From Botryllus schlosseri (lineage: Eukaryota): a DNA stretch of 64,000 bases. The notes beneath the pieces are model-generated. The model saw only the letters and a list, made by a program, of their open reading frames with translations, was not told where the DNA came from and searched no databases. The DNA is taken from NCBI GenBank assembly GCA_051294905.1, contig CM119379.1, positions 5,890,001-5,954,000 of the forward strand, given 5' to 3'. Shown here piece after piece: positions 12,701 to 27,700 of this stretch (within the stretch, counting starts at the first letter, position 1; each line of letters begins with the position of its first letter). A program made the translations under genes and the position numbers.

Positions 12701-15700
12701 GACATTCAATGTCTCGTGACTGAAATTCCCAATAAATATCACCTCGCCATATCACAATATCATCCAACGCAATGTCTCCTTGATCTCCCGCACCAATTTC
12801 TCCTTCAAATACCAGGAAAAACGTACCATACGTAATGATCTGGACCTGTCACAATATTGCAGTATATGAATATAATCAGAGCGGGAGTAAAAATACATCA
12901 AGCCACATAATAACGTTATTTTCATTTGCATTCAATATTAGAGTTATAACAGTGATATCTTATCATTTTACGCTACATTTTAATCTAGACGGGTCTGCCT
13001 CCGAATGTAGCATACAGAAAATCAGTTGCAATTTTAAAGATACTCTCTATATAAATTTTAAAGCATGTTTATGCCAATGGAATCTCCCTTGGGTAGAGAA
13101 TGAAATTAAACCTGAAGTTATTCCTTATTAGTCAGAATTCGGCCAACTTGGTTTATATAGAATTGAAAAAGAAGAGACGCCAGTATTTTGTCTAAGAGTA
13201 TGGAATCGACCGTACTTGCGCAAATTTCCATTCGCTCCCCTGATTTCCGCTGATCACCCATTTGTTCTCAACATCTCCCATATTATATCCGTACACCATC
13301 AACAACCTGAGAGTGCCGACGTCGGCGCCGTACATGTGATACCAGAAGTTGACGCAATGGTCGTCGGTCCAGGTTTCGCTCCAATGAATCAAATCCTCTC
13401 CCTCCAAACGAGCTGTGTCGCCCGGTTGTCGATTCGATGCTTCGATGTAAAGGTAACTCCCTGAAAAAAAAACGCCGATTTAAACAAAATCTGCGGTTCC
13501 AATATTTTCATCCGTTCAAGAAATACATATTATGATGTACACCACATAAGACAAAATGCAAGGTAATGAACAGAAATGAGGATTTCAAAATGACTATGTG
13601 CGACTTATCAATGTCGGATCATCATGTTCGGGCTGTATTTCATTGAACGATTCTCTTCAATGCATTTATCCTGCCCTAACTATTTCTCTTGGCATTTTTG
13701 TAATGACACTATAAGAAAAGTGCACACAGTAGACAGAGCCAAGGTTTACATCTAACACGTGAACATGTGCCACACCCTGGCCTTGAACTACAGTCGAAGT
13801 CTCTCGCTGGGTCAATTTTATATAACTACTTTCATTAACGCAAGATACCACAAGAATCGCGACACAGTGGAGAGAATAAAAAGAAGTCAAAACAAATTGG
13901 TGAAATCAGTCAATTAAACTGTCCACTTGCAACACCTAGAAATACAACAACAAAAACAGAAGAACGTGTTCAAACACACTTACACATTTGATATGATAGC
14001 ATTATTATTGGGAATGAGCAGCAGGAAATTCAATGGCTGTCATTCTTGAAAAAAGATGCAGCATTCACAGCTCGTTATGATGGTTAGGTTCGAGCTCCAT
14101 ACACCCAGCGTAACGAATTCCACGGTGCAAACTATCAATTTATTGAAGGTATCTTCCAAGAGGGGGAAATATGATACTGTGCTCCAAATGACGTCATATT
14201 TTGTGTTACGATTGTTGATATACAATGTTCTTTTGAACTCACAACTAGTTGCTGACGCTTATCCCTGACGAGAGTCAGCCGAAAATATTCGGGTTCATTT
14301 CAATATGTTTAGTCTATTCAATTGTATATTGAAGTTCTGTACCTCCAAGAAGCTGTTCAAATGATATTTGAGAAGGAGCAGATCTCACTGAAATGGAGTA
14401 CTTGCTCAATATTCAGAAAACAACTAAATCGGTAATTCGTGTTTACTCTTTACTGATGCGTTGACTGACGCTGATGACTGTTTAATTTTCAAGTCAAAAA
14501 AATGCTTGCTTGGGATTAGCAATTTAAATCCACCTTGTTTGCAGTGAATGTTAAATAAGTAAATATCCAAATATTTTGTTTCGATGCACGCGCTTGTCAA
14601 TTGACAATTAACTATTACTCACCTTTTCCAGTATCATGGTCGCCTGAAGGCCCTGTCGCGGCAGTATCAGTGGCACCACTTCTCAAGATCCAATCAAATT
14701 GGTCATCACCGTACGAGTTGATCCACCCGCCCATATTGCTCTCGAAATCGGTGTTGCCTAGGGGGAAAAATATAAACATTGAGATCGGATATTCTCATCC
14801 GGCAAATCTCAGAAGTATTCCCAAACTACTATCCCTTGAAGAGAACGCATGTATAGTGCCATGAAGCCAGAAATTGAGTCAGGAATTTTTCTCAATGAAT
14901 AATCTTCTCCTATACACTTTGCGCAGTTGACACATATTGTCAGCATTTTAGAAGAGACTGGACAATGGACATAATAGAATAGGCTTCATTTTTAGGACTT
15001 TGAAACTTTTTTGGAATTATTAACAAAATTTGTAAAACATAGTTTGCAACACTGTGTTGATTGATGCACCAAGAAATTAAAGATAAGCAGCAAAGACGTT
15101 GGCTCAAGTTGAACGCAAGTGCTTTCGTTATACAACTGAGTATTATTATTTGATTCTTTATTCGTTTTACAATCTAGCAAAGTATTCAATTAATCGATAG
15201 ACCTCACTTCACGAGTGTAATGTGGACGCCTCAATAATAACTCCTACATCATATAGACGTCGGAATATGGTGTTAGGAAAATAGTTTATCTTGAAATTGC
15301 ATCCTTGGCAGCACAATTATATGAGCAGAAGATATGACACAAGCAAATTTCGTTAAAATTTCCTGAAAATTTCCTGAAAACATATTTAGCTCAAAGTTAT
15401 ATGCATAAAAAATGTATTTATTTCACACGCAAATTTACAGCACCAACTCTATATCAACTTAAGGTATGTGTTATTGAGAATCCTCTGTTCCATTCTAAAA
15501 CGAAAATAAGCGCCCACTGTCATTTTGCATTAGTAATGAAGATCCACCCAGGAATCCCAAAATAGCATACTCCGATTAACTGCTAAAAGTAAATGATCCC
15601 GGACTAAATATAGTTTACAACTACAGTATTTTTCTGACCTTCTTTTTTTCGATTTAGTTTGTTGAAATCATCATGTTTACTTGTAATCGAGTTGAAACTT

Positions 15701-18700
15701 TCAGTTTCACTTCTACTTCTGTTTCAGAACCAACTTTGGCAACTTTGACCACCCATGCCTATATTTAATACCTGGATAAAGGCATTCGGTATTCTCCGAG
15801 ACCATGACATCATCCAACGCGATATCAGTGGTGCCATCGCCCATAGTAGCCTGGAATATGATCTGCCACGGTCCGGTAGTCACAATCTCGGCACTACCTC
15901 TCTTCCATTCCATGCTCTGGTTTCCGCTGACATGGAATCTCGATTTCTCGACGGTGTTTTCGCGGATTATGATCCTTAATTCGCCCATATTCTGTCCGTA
16001 CAAATTGTACCTGAAACATTGTCACTTGTTACCTCAATACTATAATACCACAATTTTGATGGAAGAACGTACCAGAAATATAGGCAGGCGCCGTTTGGAC
16101 TAGCTGGCCGGGTTGGACTTATGAGTCTCGCAACATCTCCGAAAGATTGCGACGTTGTTGAATCCGCATACATGTAATAGCCGAGGTCGGTTCGTGTAGT
16201 ATGATCAACATCAGGTCCTGAGATGATGATAAATTTTCAAGACTAACAGCAATATGATTGCTGAGACTCTTGGAGGTACGGAATTTCAATATACAACTGA
16301 ATAATATATTCCTATTGAAATAAACCCGCATATTTCGGATGACAATGACCAGGGTTAATCAGCGATTATTATCGGTTATCAACAATTATATGATTGCATG
16401 TATCACAGAAATGGAAACGTGACAGTCGAGATTGGTAGTTTTGGAGATCATTCGAAATTCGAGACTACACTTTGTTTGCTCTACCAAATAACAGCTATTG
16501 TTATCTTTCAATCTTTTAAGCTAATCTTTTTCTGGATAGTAAGGGGCTAGAAACTTGTTTCAAGTCTACATAAGGAGCTGTCACTGGAGGCAGGAGGCAT
16601 GGCAAGACTATTTAGAGGTGCAGTTTCATTTGATATTTGTGCTTCTACGTGTGACATGTCAGATCTTTGGCGCTATCCTAATCTTTTGAAGTATTGATGA
16701 ACTGCTCTTTTGGTGAATAACTAATCTAGAGAGAGAGAAAATTTATTCGTCAACCACCAAATACAAATTAGACCAAACCATAATATAGCCGAAATAAATT
16801 ATTTCATGAACGGTATAGACCGTCATACCTGTGTCACGAAGGAGCTTGGATGTAACAGAATTATTTTAAATATAAATATATATCACAGGCATGCATCAAG
16901 ATGATCACAGATAGAGAGGGTTGAGGATGACAACGACAAAAACCACGATACCTGTATCAAGCGCGGGTGTTGGGCCTTTGTTCCTCTGCCAGTTGAAATC
17001 ATTGCCAGAATCACTTTCGTACCCGCAATTTCCATCTTCAAAGTCGCAAAGGGTAGACGCGGGACAGGCACCCGTGTAAAACTTCACGTCGTCCAAAGCG
17101 ATTTCGCCTACGTTTCCCATCTTCCTGCTTGTTTCGAACACTACTCTGAAAGTCCCGGCGCGACGAATATGTACCTGGAACAGAGTGCATCTTTCGGCTT
17201 AAAGCAGAGTTCCCAAAGGAAGCAAATGGGTCGATTGTGGGGAAAAATGTAGGACTGTTCAATGAATAAATCGATAGATGAGCGACTCCATGCTTGACTC
17301 ATTCCAGCATGGTAAAGGTGAAAAGAAAGAAAGAAAAAAGAACCACTGGTTTAAAGTATTACACATGTGTGGCATGTAGACTTTGATATGATTCGCTATC
17401 ATAAGCATATTAAATTACATATCCAATGAACGTATGGGCAGAATAAAGACTGATATAGCGATCACCAGATCATGGTATTCTGATTTGGGTTTTTGGACTG
17501 CTGCATCTGTCATTTCCTTTTACTAAAATTATCCTACATGTGGTGTCATTGGAGGTGGTCAGTAACGAAGAATTTCCTCTTCTTGAGACTACTCAAAAAG
17601 GTTTTGCTTCCTCCCATTACTCACTCAACTGATTATGATTGTAGAATACTTCTACTTCACAGTTTCAGTTTTTTTAGGCAGAACTAGGACTACAATACTT
17701 GCTTTTTTACTAAATTGAAAATACCCACTTCTACTTGCACTCCAATGGAAATTTACATTACTTCAACTTCTACTTGAGTACCAACGATGAATACTATGAC
17801 TACCGTACATAGAATAAATATAAACAAAAGCGGAAGTAAAGAAAAAGCTTCAGCGTGCTACACTGTATAATTACTGTAGTGTAGCAAGGCGATAATTGCG
17901 CTAACCAGTGTGGTAGTCAAGTACGCAATATTAATAAATATGACGCTAATTGGGTTCAAATAAAAAATTTATCAGAGAGCCATATAATATCATCAAAAGA
18001 GCATATGGTACTACATGGCTCGCCCAAGCCTGAGGTTTCCAACCTCTGTCAATGATATAGGGTTATAAAGTTAGTAATGAAGTATGATCTCTCATGTACC
18101 TGTCCGTGATGCCAAGTTTGATCTCTCGACATGGATCGGGTCCAGACAGTGCTTGTAACGGCGTCTCTTTGCTCGACGAAAATCCGCAATTGACTGACTT
18201 GCGAACCGTACATGTAGTACCAAAACGAGACGCACAGGCCTTCGCTGTCGTAAGCGGTCACATCCGGACTTCTGAACTTAGCCGGCCCTTCGTCATCGAC
18301 AGAGCCAGTGATCTGATCGACGTACAGATCGGTGTACATGTAGTAGCCCTGCACAGTAATTCACATGTGAATGGAAAGACATGGTACTGTAAAGTGTGCC
18401 ACAGTCACCTGAAAATTAATGGCGGGAATACAGTTACTGTTCCAAAGTTGTTTCTTTTTAATAACAAAGGGAATGGATAAATGAATTGGATACCAACTGA
18501 CCGTTACCACTGTGGATATCTGTACATGCATCCAAACATATGTTTATCGGTTGGCCATTTCCATGTAGGTTTTTACTTCAATTCATGTATAAATGTGAAA
18601 AATTTTAAATTCTTGTTTGGTATACGAATACTTGAATCGGAATCAAGTGTTAATCCCCATTCTACTAATAGGTAATTTATTTTCGATTTTATTTTCCGTT

Positions 18701-21700
18701 AGTGGAATCCTTAAAATCTCGATTCGTCGTATCACAATATCTGAAACATGCTGTAGGCTACAATGCTTTGAACTATAACGGAAATGGCATCTCTGTGAAT
18801 TCGTGTTGAAGCCACAGCATTGTCAGAGTGTACAACAAACTATGAATTTCTTTTCAGATCAGATAATCTTTAATGTGATGTAGAACTGGCGAGATTTTAT
18901 TTGGGGTTGTAAAAAGTTACATATATGAACTTTTATCGTCATTCAACCATAATCAGTGACTGTTGGACTTGGTATATTTGATACATGTCTTATTGCTTAC
19001 ACCTGTGCCCAGTTGCAGCTGTTCTAGTTTATTTCACGCCAAAGCATAGCAGTGGCTGCAAAGCTGTTCAATTAGATTCTCTGGAGTTAGACAAGTGCAC
19101 CTTGAGCTAGCTGTCATATCTTTTGAATGTCCGCTAAATGCATTGGGTTTATCAGTCAAGGTGCCAGTTGGGCTAAATTCCAATATGCGCATATCTGATT
19201 ACCATGGTATTACACAGAATGCCAATAATTATCTCACCTCTGTGCTGAGCGTAGTGTGGTCAATGTGTACACTCCCTGATTGGCCTTTCGCTCTGGTCCA
19301 ATTCATGGTGTTGTAGATATCGTTGGACCATCCGCACAGGTCCGAACTTTCGAAATCACAGTCCCAAGGTGTGGGCTCAGGCGTCGGTCCGTTGATGGGA
19401 GGAATTGTAGGTACTTCGGGTGCTACACATAGACTTTGAAGGACTTCGATATCGTCCAAAGCTATGTCACCTTTTGCAAAATGAATAGATTAAAATTCAC
19501 TTTCAGCATGATTGTGTTTGAGAGGGGTTCGTTTCAGATAATATGAGATTGCAGCTAACTCCAGTATGGCAGACAAATATTATATCTCAAATATCTCAAA
19601 ACAACTTAATTACCTGAAACTACGGGTGTGGTTTAGTGATAGTTTGACGGTGCTTGTAGCTGAAGTGCATCTAATCGAAATCCGGACGTTTCCAGCCCAA
19701 ATCGAGCTGACAGTTGTCCGAGTACTTTACGATGTAGATTACACATAAAACCACACTGATGAGCTTGTGTCATATTTTGATATTGTTATAATTTCAAAAG
19801 ACAGAATTGGGTCAACATGGCTTTTTAAGACCAAAGCATGAAGTCAGTGCAGTGTATATTTCACAATGAGCAGACAATTGGCCGTCTACAACGATAGACC
19901 TATAAAGTAGGCTACAAGCTGTAAAATGTCAAATGATAAGATCACCGACAGTGCAAACATTTACGATACAAACGAAATGCAGGTTGCAAAAGAATTTTGA
20001 TTTTGTGAACATTTTTAACAAAATTTTGACAAAATTCTGGCCTTTTTTTGACATGTAAAAAAAATTGCCTTGGTAATGAACCAGTGGTTCCCAGCAAGTG
20101 TGGTATATGGATTGAGTAGCAGTGTGGTGAGCTATAGAGGTATTGCAGATCTGCAAGTAGGTTTTGTTGAGCTAAAATAGCATTTAACGCATCATTAGAC
20201 AATCAACTGATTCTGCATTATTTAAAATCATTACTACAAATACCTTAATCATAGAAAAACACATCAGGTTCTAGGGAAAACGATTTATCTCTTCAATATG
20301 GTGCTATGACGTCAATAAGGTTTATAACCACTGCACTAGCTCATTCAAGAAGAAAATCTAGGTTTTTCATAGATTTCATGCATAGTGTGAGTGAAATACT
20401 GTACCATATTTACAATAAACATACCTGTGTAACCGCCTTCTCCAGTAATACCCTCAAACACCAACATGAACGATTGGTCGGAAGACACATTCACCGCTGC
20501 CGGAAGCCAATAGTCGCCTTTATCGCCACTCATTTTCCATATGGGACCTTTCAGTTCCAACGTGCTCTAAGAATAATCAAGTTGCGATGTGAGGCACACA
20601 GCGAATTCTTCAAGCATATATCGTTATCGCACCTGCTGATCGACTGCAATGTACACGCTGAGGTCTGCAACGCGCTCACCGAACATGTGGTAGAAGAAAG
20701 TTAAACACATTTCCTGTGTCGGTCTGAATACCTCGCTCATCAGCCAGGCTTTGTCGCCACCAACCGAATGCGTTGGGCTTGTTTCTATAGAAGGGTACAA
20801 AATTCAGTACAGAAGGCGCTAAATAGATCTTTTATATTGGCAGTAGGTGTAGGACCAAGCCTACAAAGGCCTTAGAATTCTTCAAGTATTCCAAATGAAA
20901 CAACTGCAGAAACTCATTACTGTACCCACCCATTGAATGCGAACTTGGTTCAATGACACATACATTCAATGTAAAACTCTTCGAACTAAAGTGGGATTAG
21001 TTAATGTAAAGGGTGCTATCTCAAAAAGTTGTAGCAACGTCAATACCTAAACAACTTGAGGTGAATGTTAACTTGCAGAAGTTTACCATACTAGTGATGC
21101 ACAATAGAGTTTAAGACACACAAGTATAGTGAGTGAGAAAATGCAAAAATAATTGTGTGAAATGCGGTTAAACGTTCATAAAGCTCAAGGACATATGTTG
21201 TAACAAGCCAAGTGAGTTGGTACAATCTTCACGGCAGCTACCTAATACCAGTAGTTAAATTCATGGAGTTTATAAGCAATAACAATTTGACACAAGCAAT
21301 AAACAGTTCTGAAATAACAACAATATAATAGCAATAGTACCTAATCCCAAAAAATTAACTTCATTAAACTAAAATCTTATCGACACTGATCCACTATAAA
21401 GTATTATATGGAAGTGAGTATGGGAACACCAAAAAAATTCACTGACCTATATACAGATAATATCCTGTGTTCGATTGAGTGGTGTGATCCAGCAACGGCC
21501 CAGTACCGACGCTACCAGTTTTTCCCGTGTTCCGTAGCCAGTCGAAGTTATCGTAGTCTGCAATCCAAGGATTTGTAAGGATGTGATCGGAGTGGTGGGT
21601 GGTTAGTACTCATGTAGCAATGCTTCTATAGGTTGTAGTTGAGCCAAAATTGGTGTGCAGCGTTTATTTAGGAAACCAAACAATTTTATCAAATAGAATT

Positions 21701-24700
21701 GGAAAAAAAAGTTATTTATGAACAGCCCTATTGACCAACTATATCAATGAATAGAAGTTTCATGATGAGCTGATCCATTCAAACCTGGGTTCTCAATGTT
21801 AGTCCATGTGCAGAAGCCTTCTTCAAACGAGCAATATCCTTTCGGAGGACATTCGCCGACGTCAGTTCTCAAGTCATCGATGGTAATATCTCCAGTCCAC
21901 GAAGATCCAACCTCTCCTTCTATCACAATCTGTGCATCGAAGCGTCACGTAATATCATGTCAATATCAATCAAGAAATTATGATCGATTTGCTTCCTCAC
22001 AGGTTCGGTCATCATGATTATGCCTGTACAGAACAGTCTGCCTACTAAATAGACTTAGTGACTACATTTTTTGAAAAAATGTGTCATTGCAGAATGTATG
22101 TTAGGTAGGGTTACCATATGCTCTACTTTAGGAGGATTTGCATTTGATTTTTCAAGAAATCGAAAATGTCCTTCAAGGACGCCCAAATGTCCAGTAGTCG
22201 ATTTGCAAAAATGAGCTTTTTAGTCAACATAACAGTATAACTGCGGAAGTCGATTTACCAAAATTGCCTTTTTAATCATTTTTGTAGTCAACAACTTTAT
22301 TTCCAGTCAAAAATTTCTTTTCGATTTGTAAAAAGTGTCCACTTTTCCCGATCTCAAAATATGGTAACCCTAAATTGTTTGGGAATTCAGATAAAAGTAT
22401 TAGGGATAAAAAAAGGTCATATATCATAAAAATATCTACATATCGTAATATAGATAATGCGAGTATCTTGAATTTGACTGCAGAGCAATCATTTATTATC
22501 TTAACATTGACCAGGCGTTCATATGTTAGCAAAAATAAACTAAAGGCATTCTTGAAAGTTCAACACAAAGTATTCTACCTACTTTTCAAATATGAGCATC
22601 AGCCTAAAAAAGTAGATTTAAAGACTATGGCCGGGATTTCAATTATTGATATTTTATAGGCTAGATATGGATTTGCAAATGAATAGTCTATTAAATATGC
22701 GTCGGTCAATATTCGTCAATATTCGTCAGCCGAAAATATTTGGGTTCATTTCAATATGAGTATACTACCGAATTGTATGTTGAAGTTCTGTACCTCCAAA
22801 AAGTTCTTCAGATATGGATTTGAAATTGAGAATGAAAATAAATCATAATTGGATTATAATTGACAAGTTTCAAATGGCTTCAATAAAATTAGGAAAATAG
22901 ATTTGAATGCAGACATGATACAAAATGAAATCTGAAAATTTCTCCTACTTTCACACAATGGTTGTGGATTAAATCGTTGAATATTATCCGAATTTAATCA
23001 GCGGCGGCATTTCACCTGGAAATCTTCTTGAAGACTAAATCGAGCCGAAATCTGTCCGTATCGCCACAGATTACCCTGGTTGTTTGCCTTTTTCCAAGCC
23101 AGAAAAGCGATGGACAGGTCTTGTGACACAGGCTTGATGTAAACAGACAACGATCCAATGGTACTGCCGTACATATGATACCAAAATCCAAAGCAATGTC
23201 GAGACCCTGCAGGGTAGACTTCGCTGAATAGCCGAGCTTTTTGGCCTTGAACAGCAGGTCTGTAAAATATGGTCAAGAAGTACTTGAGCATCAGAGGCGC
23301 ATTTAAACCACGTGAGATCTATCATCCGCAATTACCAGTGTGTGATTAATACCTCAATTGAAATTGTGTCATCACTTTAGTTTGAGATAAGAGTTTACTA
23401 TAAAAGTAAGCATTCAAGTGCTTGTAGGAAGCACAGTAAACACTACACTTTAATAGAAGTATGTTTACTTTACTGCTATTTGTTATCTAGAAGTATGTTT
23501 ACTTTACTGCTATATGTTATCTAGAATCAATATTATGTAGAGACAACGTACTTGTTTGATGAGGGTATGATCAGACTAGTTGACCTTGAAGGTCGTATCG
23601 ATCATTCATATCCCATAGCCCAAAACTGTATTGTTTTTTTCTTTCTATGTGATTACTAGGGAAAGTTTTTGCTACTTTGCAACTTTTTTACAGCTTCCTA
23701 GATACTTGGAATCTATGTAGGTCTACTATGATGTTTGGAGGGATTTTATGGAGCAACTCTTTGCAACTTTTCTCTATTTTTTATACCCAATTTTTACTGC
23801 AACTTTTATCAAATATTGCGTAAAAACGTAAAGGAGTGATTTAAAAACATGCTATAAAGATAAACTATTTCTAGTACGGTTGTATTCTCTTTGATTTGCA
23901 TAACAAAGAGCTATGTGATGGGTTAGCTGCATCTAACTATCCGTGACACAATGGCTTGCAAGCAAGAAGTTACTCCTGCTCCTGCCTCAACTACTCCTGC
24001 TAAGCACGACCGTGCCCTAACAATATGCTAATAGATCGTGCTATTAATTCTGTCGTTTAAATTTGAGATATTTTCCCATTTCACGATCGCCCAGGCGAGA
24101 CTACTGAAAATAATATTTTCACTGGGTCACCTTTCTAAGGCTATTGATTTTGGTAAAGTCGCCTAGTGTGAGTTTTTCTGCAACGCCTTGGGTCAAGTAC
24201 CTAAGGGGTTTGGGGTGTGTTACTTGACTTTTTTTAGTAGGAGGGGGTTATCGCCATGCTGTTTGACTTTTGGGGGGATATTATTCCCCATTGTGTAATT
24301 TTCTTGCTGTGTACCGGGAAAAAATGTAATTTTTGGGCGGTCTCGCTGGAATGTCGGTGAAATGGCAAAGTAACAAACTTGACAGCTCTGCAGGAACAAG
24401 GTTGAACAACGGAACCTTTCGGGTATCTCATACCCTGCTAATTAAACAAAAATTATAAATGCAACTTTTCACTGCAACTTTTGTCAAAATTAAGTGCAAC
24501 TGTCTCGCGATTTTAGTGCAACAAAAACTTTCCCTAGTGATTACTGTTTCTTTATGTTTGTGATGTATTTCGATTGGGTGAAAGCAAAAGTCTCTATCAT
24601 CAAAAACCAACTAATTTGACTCTTCAAATTATCAATACTATAACGTAGCCGACGACTTACACTGAGGTTTCGATGTAGGCGTAAAATCCAGTTTCAGTAC

Positions 24701-27700
24701 CGCTGGTGTGATCATGTGCCGGGCCTGTGTTTGAAGAAGCTGTGCCGTTTCTGCCTCGATACCAATCCATATCATCTGTCTTATCTTGCGTCCAGTGGCA
24801 GAATCCTGAGTTGAAGTTGCACGTACCCTGAAGGCAAGAGAGAGAAAGAATCTTTATTTGCCAATAGCATAAATTTTACTAATGCAACTGGGTGAAATGT
24901 GATACACAGTTAACTAAGGTATAGATGGTAGACTTGATATACCAAAACCTTCAAAGCTAAGCCACACAGGCCAGAATCATCCTACTAAGAACTCATTACC
25001 GTTAAACCTTTAGATTAACTAACTATAATGCATGTTGAGTAGAAAAACAAAACGAAAAAGCAAAGCAAGAATTGCTAATCCAAATTAAAATCTGAAAAAA
25101 GAAATCACACTCACATCAGGATCACACAAGCCCGCGACCAAGCTGATGTCGTCCAAGGCTATATCGCCTGTCACTTTTTCTCCCACTATTCCTTCGAATA
25201 TCAGCCTACTAGGGCTGAACGTTTCCAAGGACCTTGTCCCCTTTATCCATATATTAGCTTGTGGTCCGTGTCGGTTCCAGAGATGAATCATGTCCCCGGT
25301 GTTGTATTCCAGGTATACGTTGAGGTTGTCGATGGATTCGCCAAACATATGGTACCAGAATCTGAAAATGGCAGATATGCAAAATGTGAGGAAAACAGAA
25401 ATTATCAACTGAGGAACAGCTCCTTGAGTGACGCATTTAAAAGTGCTGTTTGAATCGTTTGGCTGACAACTCATTGTGGTGAACGATATAAATTGTTTCG
25501 AGTCATGCATTGGTATTTTCTATTGGAATCAATTGTAACCCAAGCTTAATCTCATATAAACTCCTCACTTAATCTGAACCAGAACACATTATTGGCATTT
25601 GTCACTCATCATAATTGGCCCCCCAAATAAAGTTGAACCTAACCAAACTAGAATTTGTCGTCCCCCAGATAATCATGGTCGAAATTGTCAACAACGTGAA
25701 ATATTGCTCGAAGGAAATGAATTGAAATCGAAATACATGTCACTAAAACAAACACTATTGTCATTTGTCAATGCTGTCAATCAAATGAGTTGTGACTCTG
25801 TTCGGCATTTACAGAGAACACATAATTTGTATTATTTTTGGTAGGATCCCATTGCTGCATATTTCAATGTATCACACTTTTGTGGTGTTTTGAAATGAAC
25901 AAGTTATATGGGGTACAGAACTTCAGAATAACACGAAACAATAACTTCATTTAACATAATATACATAATATGAAGTTATTGTTTTGAAATGATGAAAATA
26001 TTATTAAGCTGAAACTGATACTGAATGCTGTTCAGATATTTCGACACTTCATAGAATTGCAAGCTTTTAACTGGAGCTCGAGCAATTTTTGAGATAATAA
26101 TTGTAAAACCAATAAATACCACCATCAACGATTACCCCGATACATTCGGCCGATATTCAAAAGATATAGCATCTAGCTTAAGGGGCATTTTCAAAACTTT
26201 ACAGCATTTTTTTGAACAACTTTACATCCATTTCCATGCTTGAACATGAAATAACCTAGAAAGGTACCATCCGGACACCAGGAACCCCTTAACACTAGAA
26301 CTACCAGAACTTCGAACTACCTAGAACTACATTGTGACTTTTTTGACGCATGTTAAATTTTCTTCGATTAAATGCAATCAACGGAGCTTAAATCAGCACA
26401 AATCTCAACAAATGGCATCAGAAACCATGGTTTATTGCGCTCACAGCTACTTGCCATATTTTAGACATACCTTAGTGCAATAATTATATAACAAATCGCC
26501 GTTTTTGGGTGTAACATATAACTGTTGTTCTGGTGCGCATTTGGTAATTGAGCACGCTCTTTAAAAATTTGGAGTAGGTTCCAGATCCACTTTAGCCACA
26601 TCACCATTCTTGGTTATTGCTGGCATATCACAAAGCTTATCAGATAAGAATTGCATAATGCAAGCTCGCAACTAATCCTCGATTTGCATATTTCTATAGT
26701 ATCGGCATTTTGCAAGTAGAAGATAAATCACAATCTAAGAAAACATGCAAGGACCATCGTCGACTTGTGGGTACCCTCATAGAATACTGCCTTGCAACCT
26801 GGCCAATTATATTTCCCTAGTTTTGTTTCGTTATAACATTTAACCGTCACTGGTTTCTTGTTTGTGTTGTTTCTGAAGGAAACAGTTACTTCCGGTTGGA
26901 GTGAACTCAATAAATATGTGTACAACTTCGATCTCTACACTGGCATCTCGCCGTTACGCTTATCAACAAGATGATAGCTTTGAAAAGTGTGGCTAAATGA
27001 AGCTGCCTGTGTTCCTTCTGGTCCTTGGTAGCTTCATGCAACTTTTGACAATAGTGTCAACTGGGACTTCGTTTGCTTCTCGAAGCATATACAGCCACAT
27101 TCACGTAACATTGTTTCAAGATGGATTACATCGGACTCTTCACATTACTATGCTTGGTAAATGTATAGATTATAGATGAGTTGTCCTGTCCTATCTTCGC
27201 CTAAATATGAGACGCCCTGGTACAAATACTTAGTAGCAGCATCGTCCACCATCTGACATTTACCCCAATTATTTGCTGGCATTGCGACCATGTAATCAAC
27301 GAAAACAATATTATCTTTATCGAGTCTACACCTTTTTTACTCCTTATGTCAATAGAAAGCTCATGACTTCCATAAACTTGTTCCTCGAGAGGGTCTTACT
27401 AAACATAATGCACTCATGCCCTAAGTCCTCATATGCATTCAATTTACAAAATCCAGCTCCCTCTCCCCCCGAAGATCCATCTCGTGGACCAGAGCAAAGG
27501 CCCTTTGCCCTTGCACAACCCTAGTATATTAGTATGGACAATACAGATGTCGGCTTGGTCTAATGGTACATTTCAAATGTCATGTCCTGTAACACGCTGA
27601 GCTTCAGAAATATAATATTACAGAGCTTTGGTAACTCGGAATGAGGAAGATCCAAAGCCTTCTATTACAAGGGATGTTGTTGCCAACACAGATAGACCAA

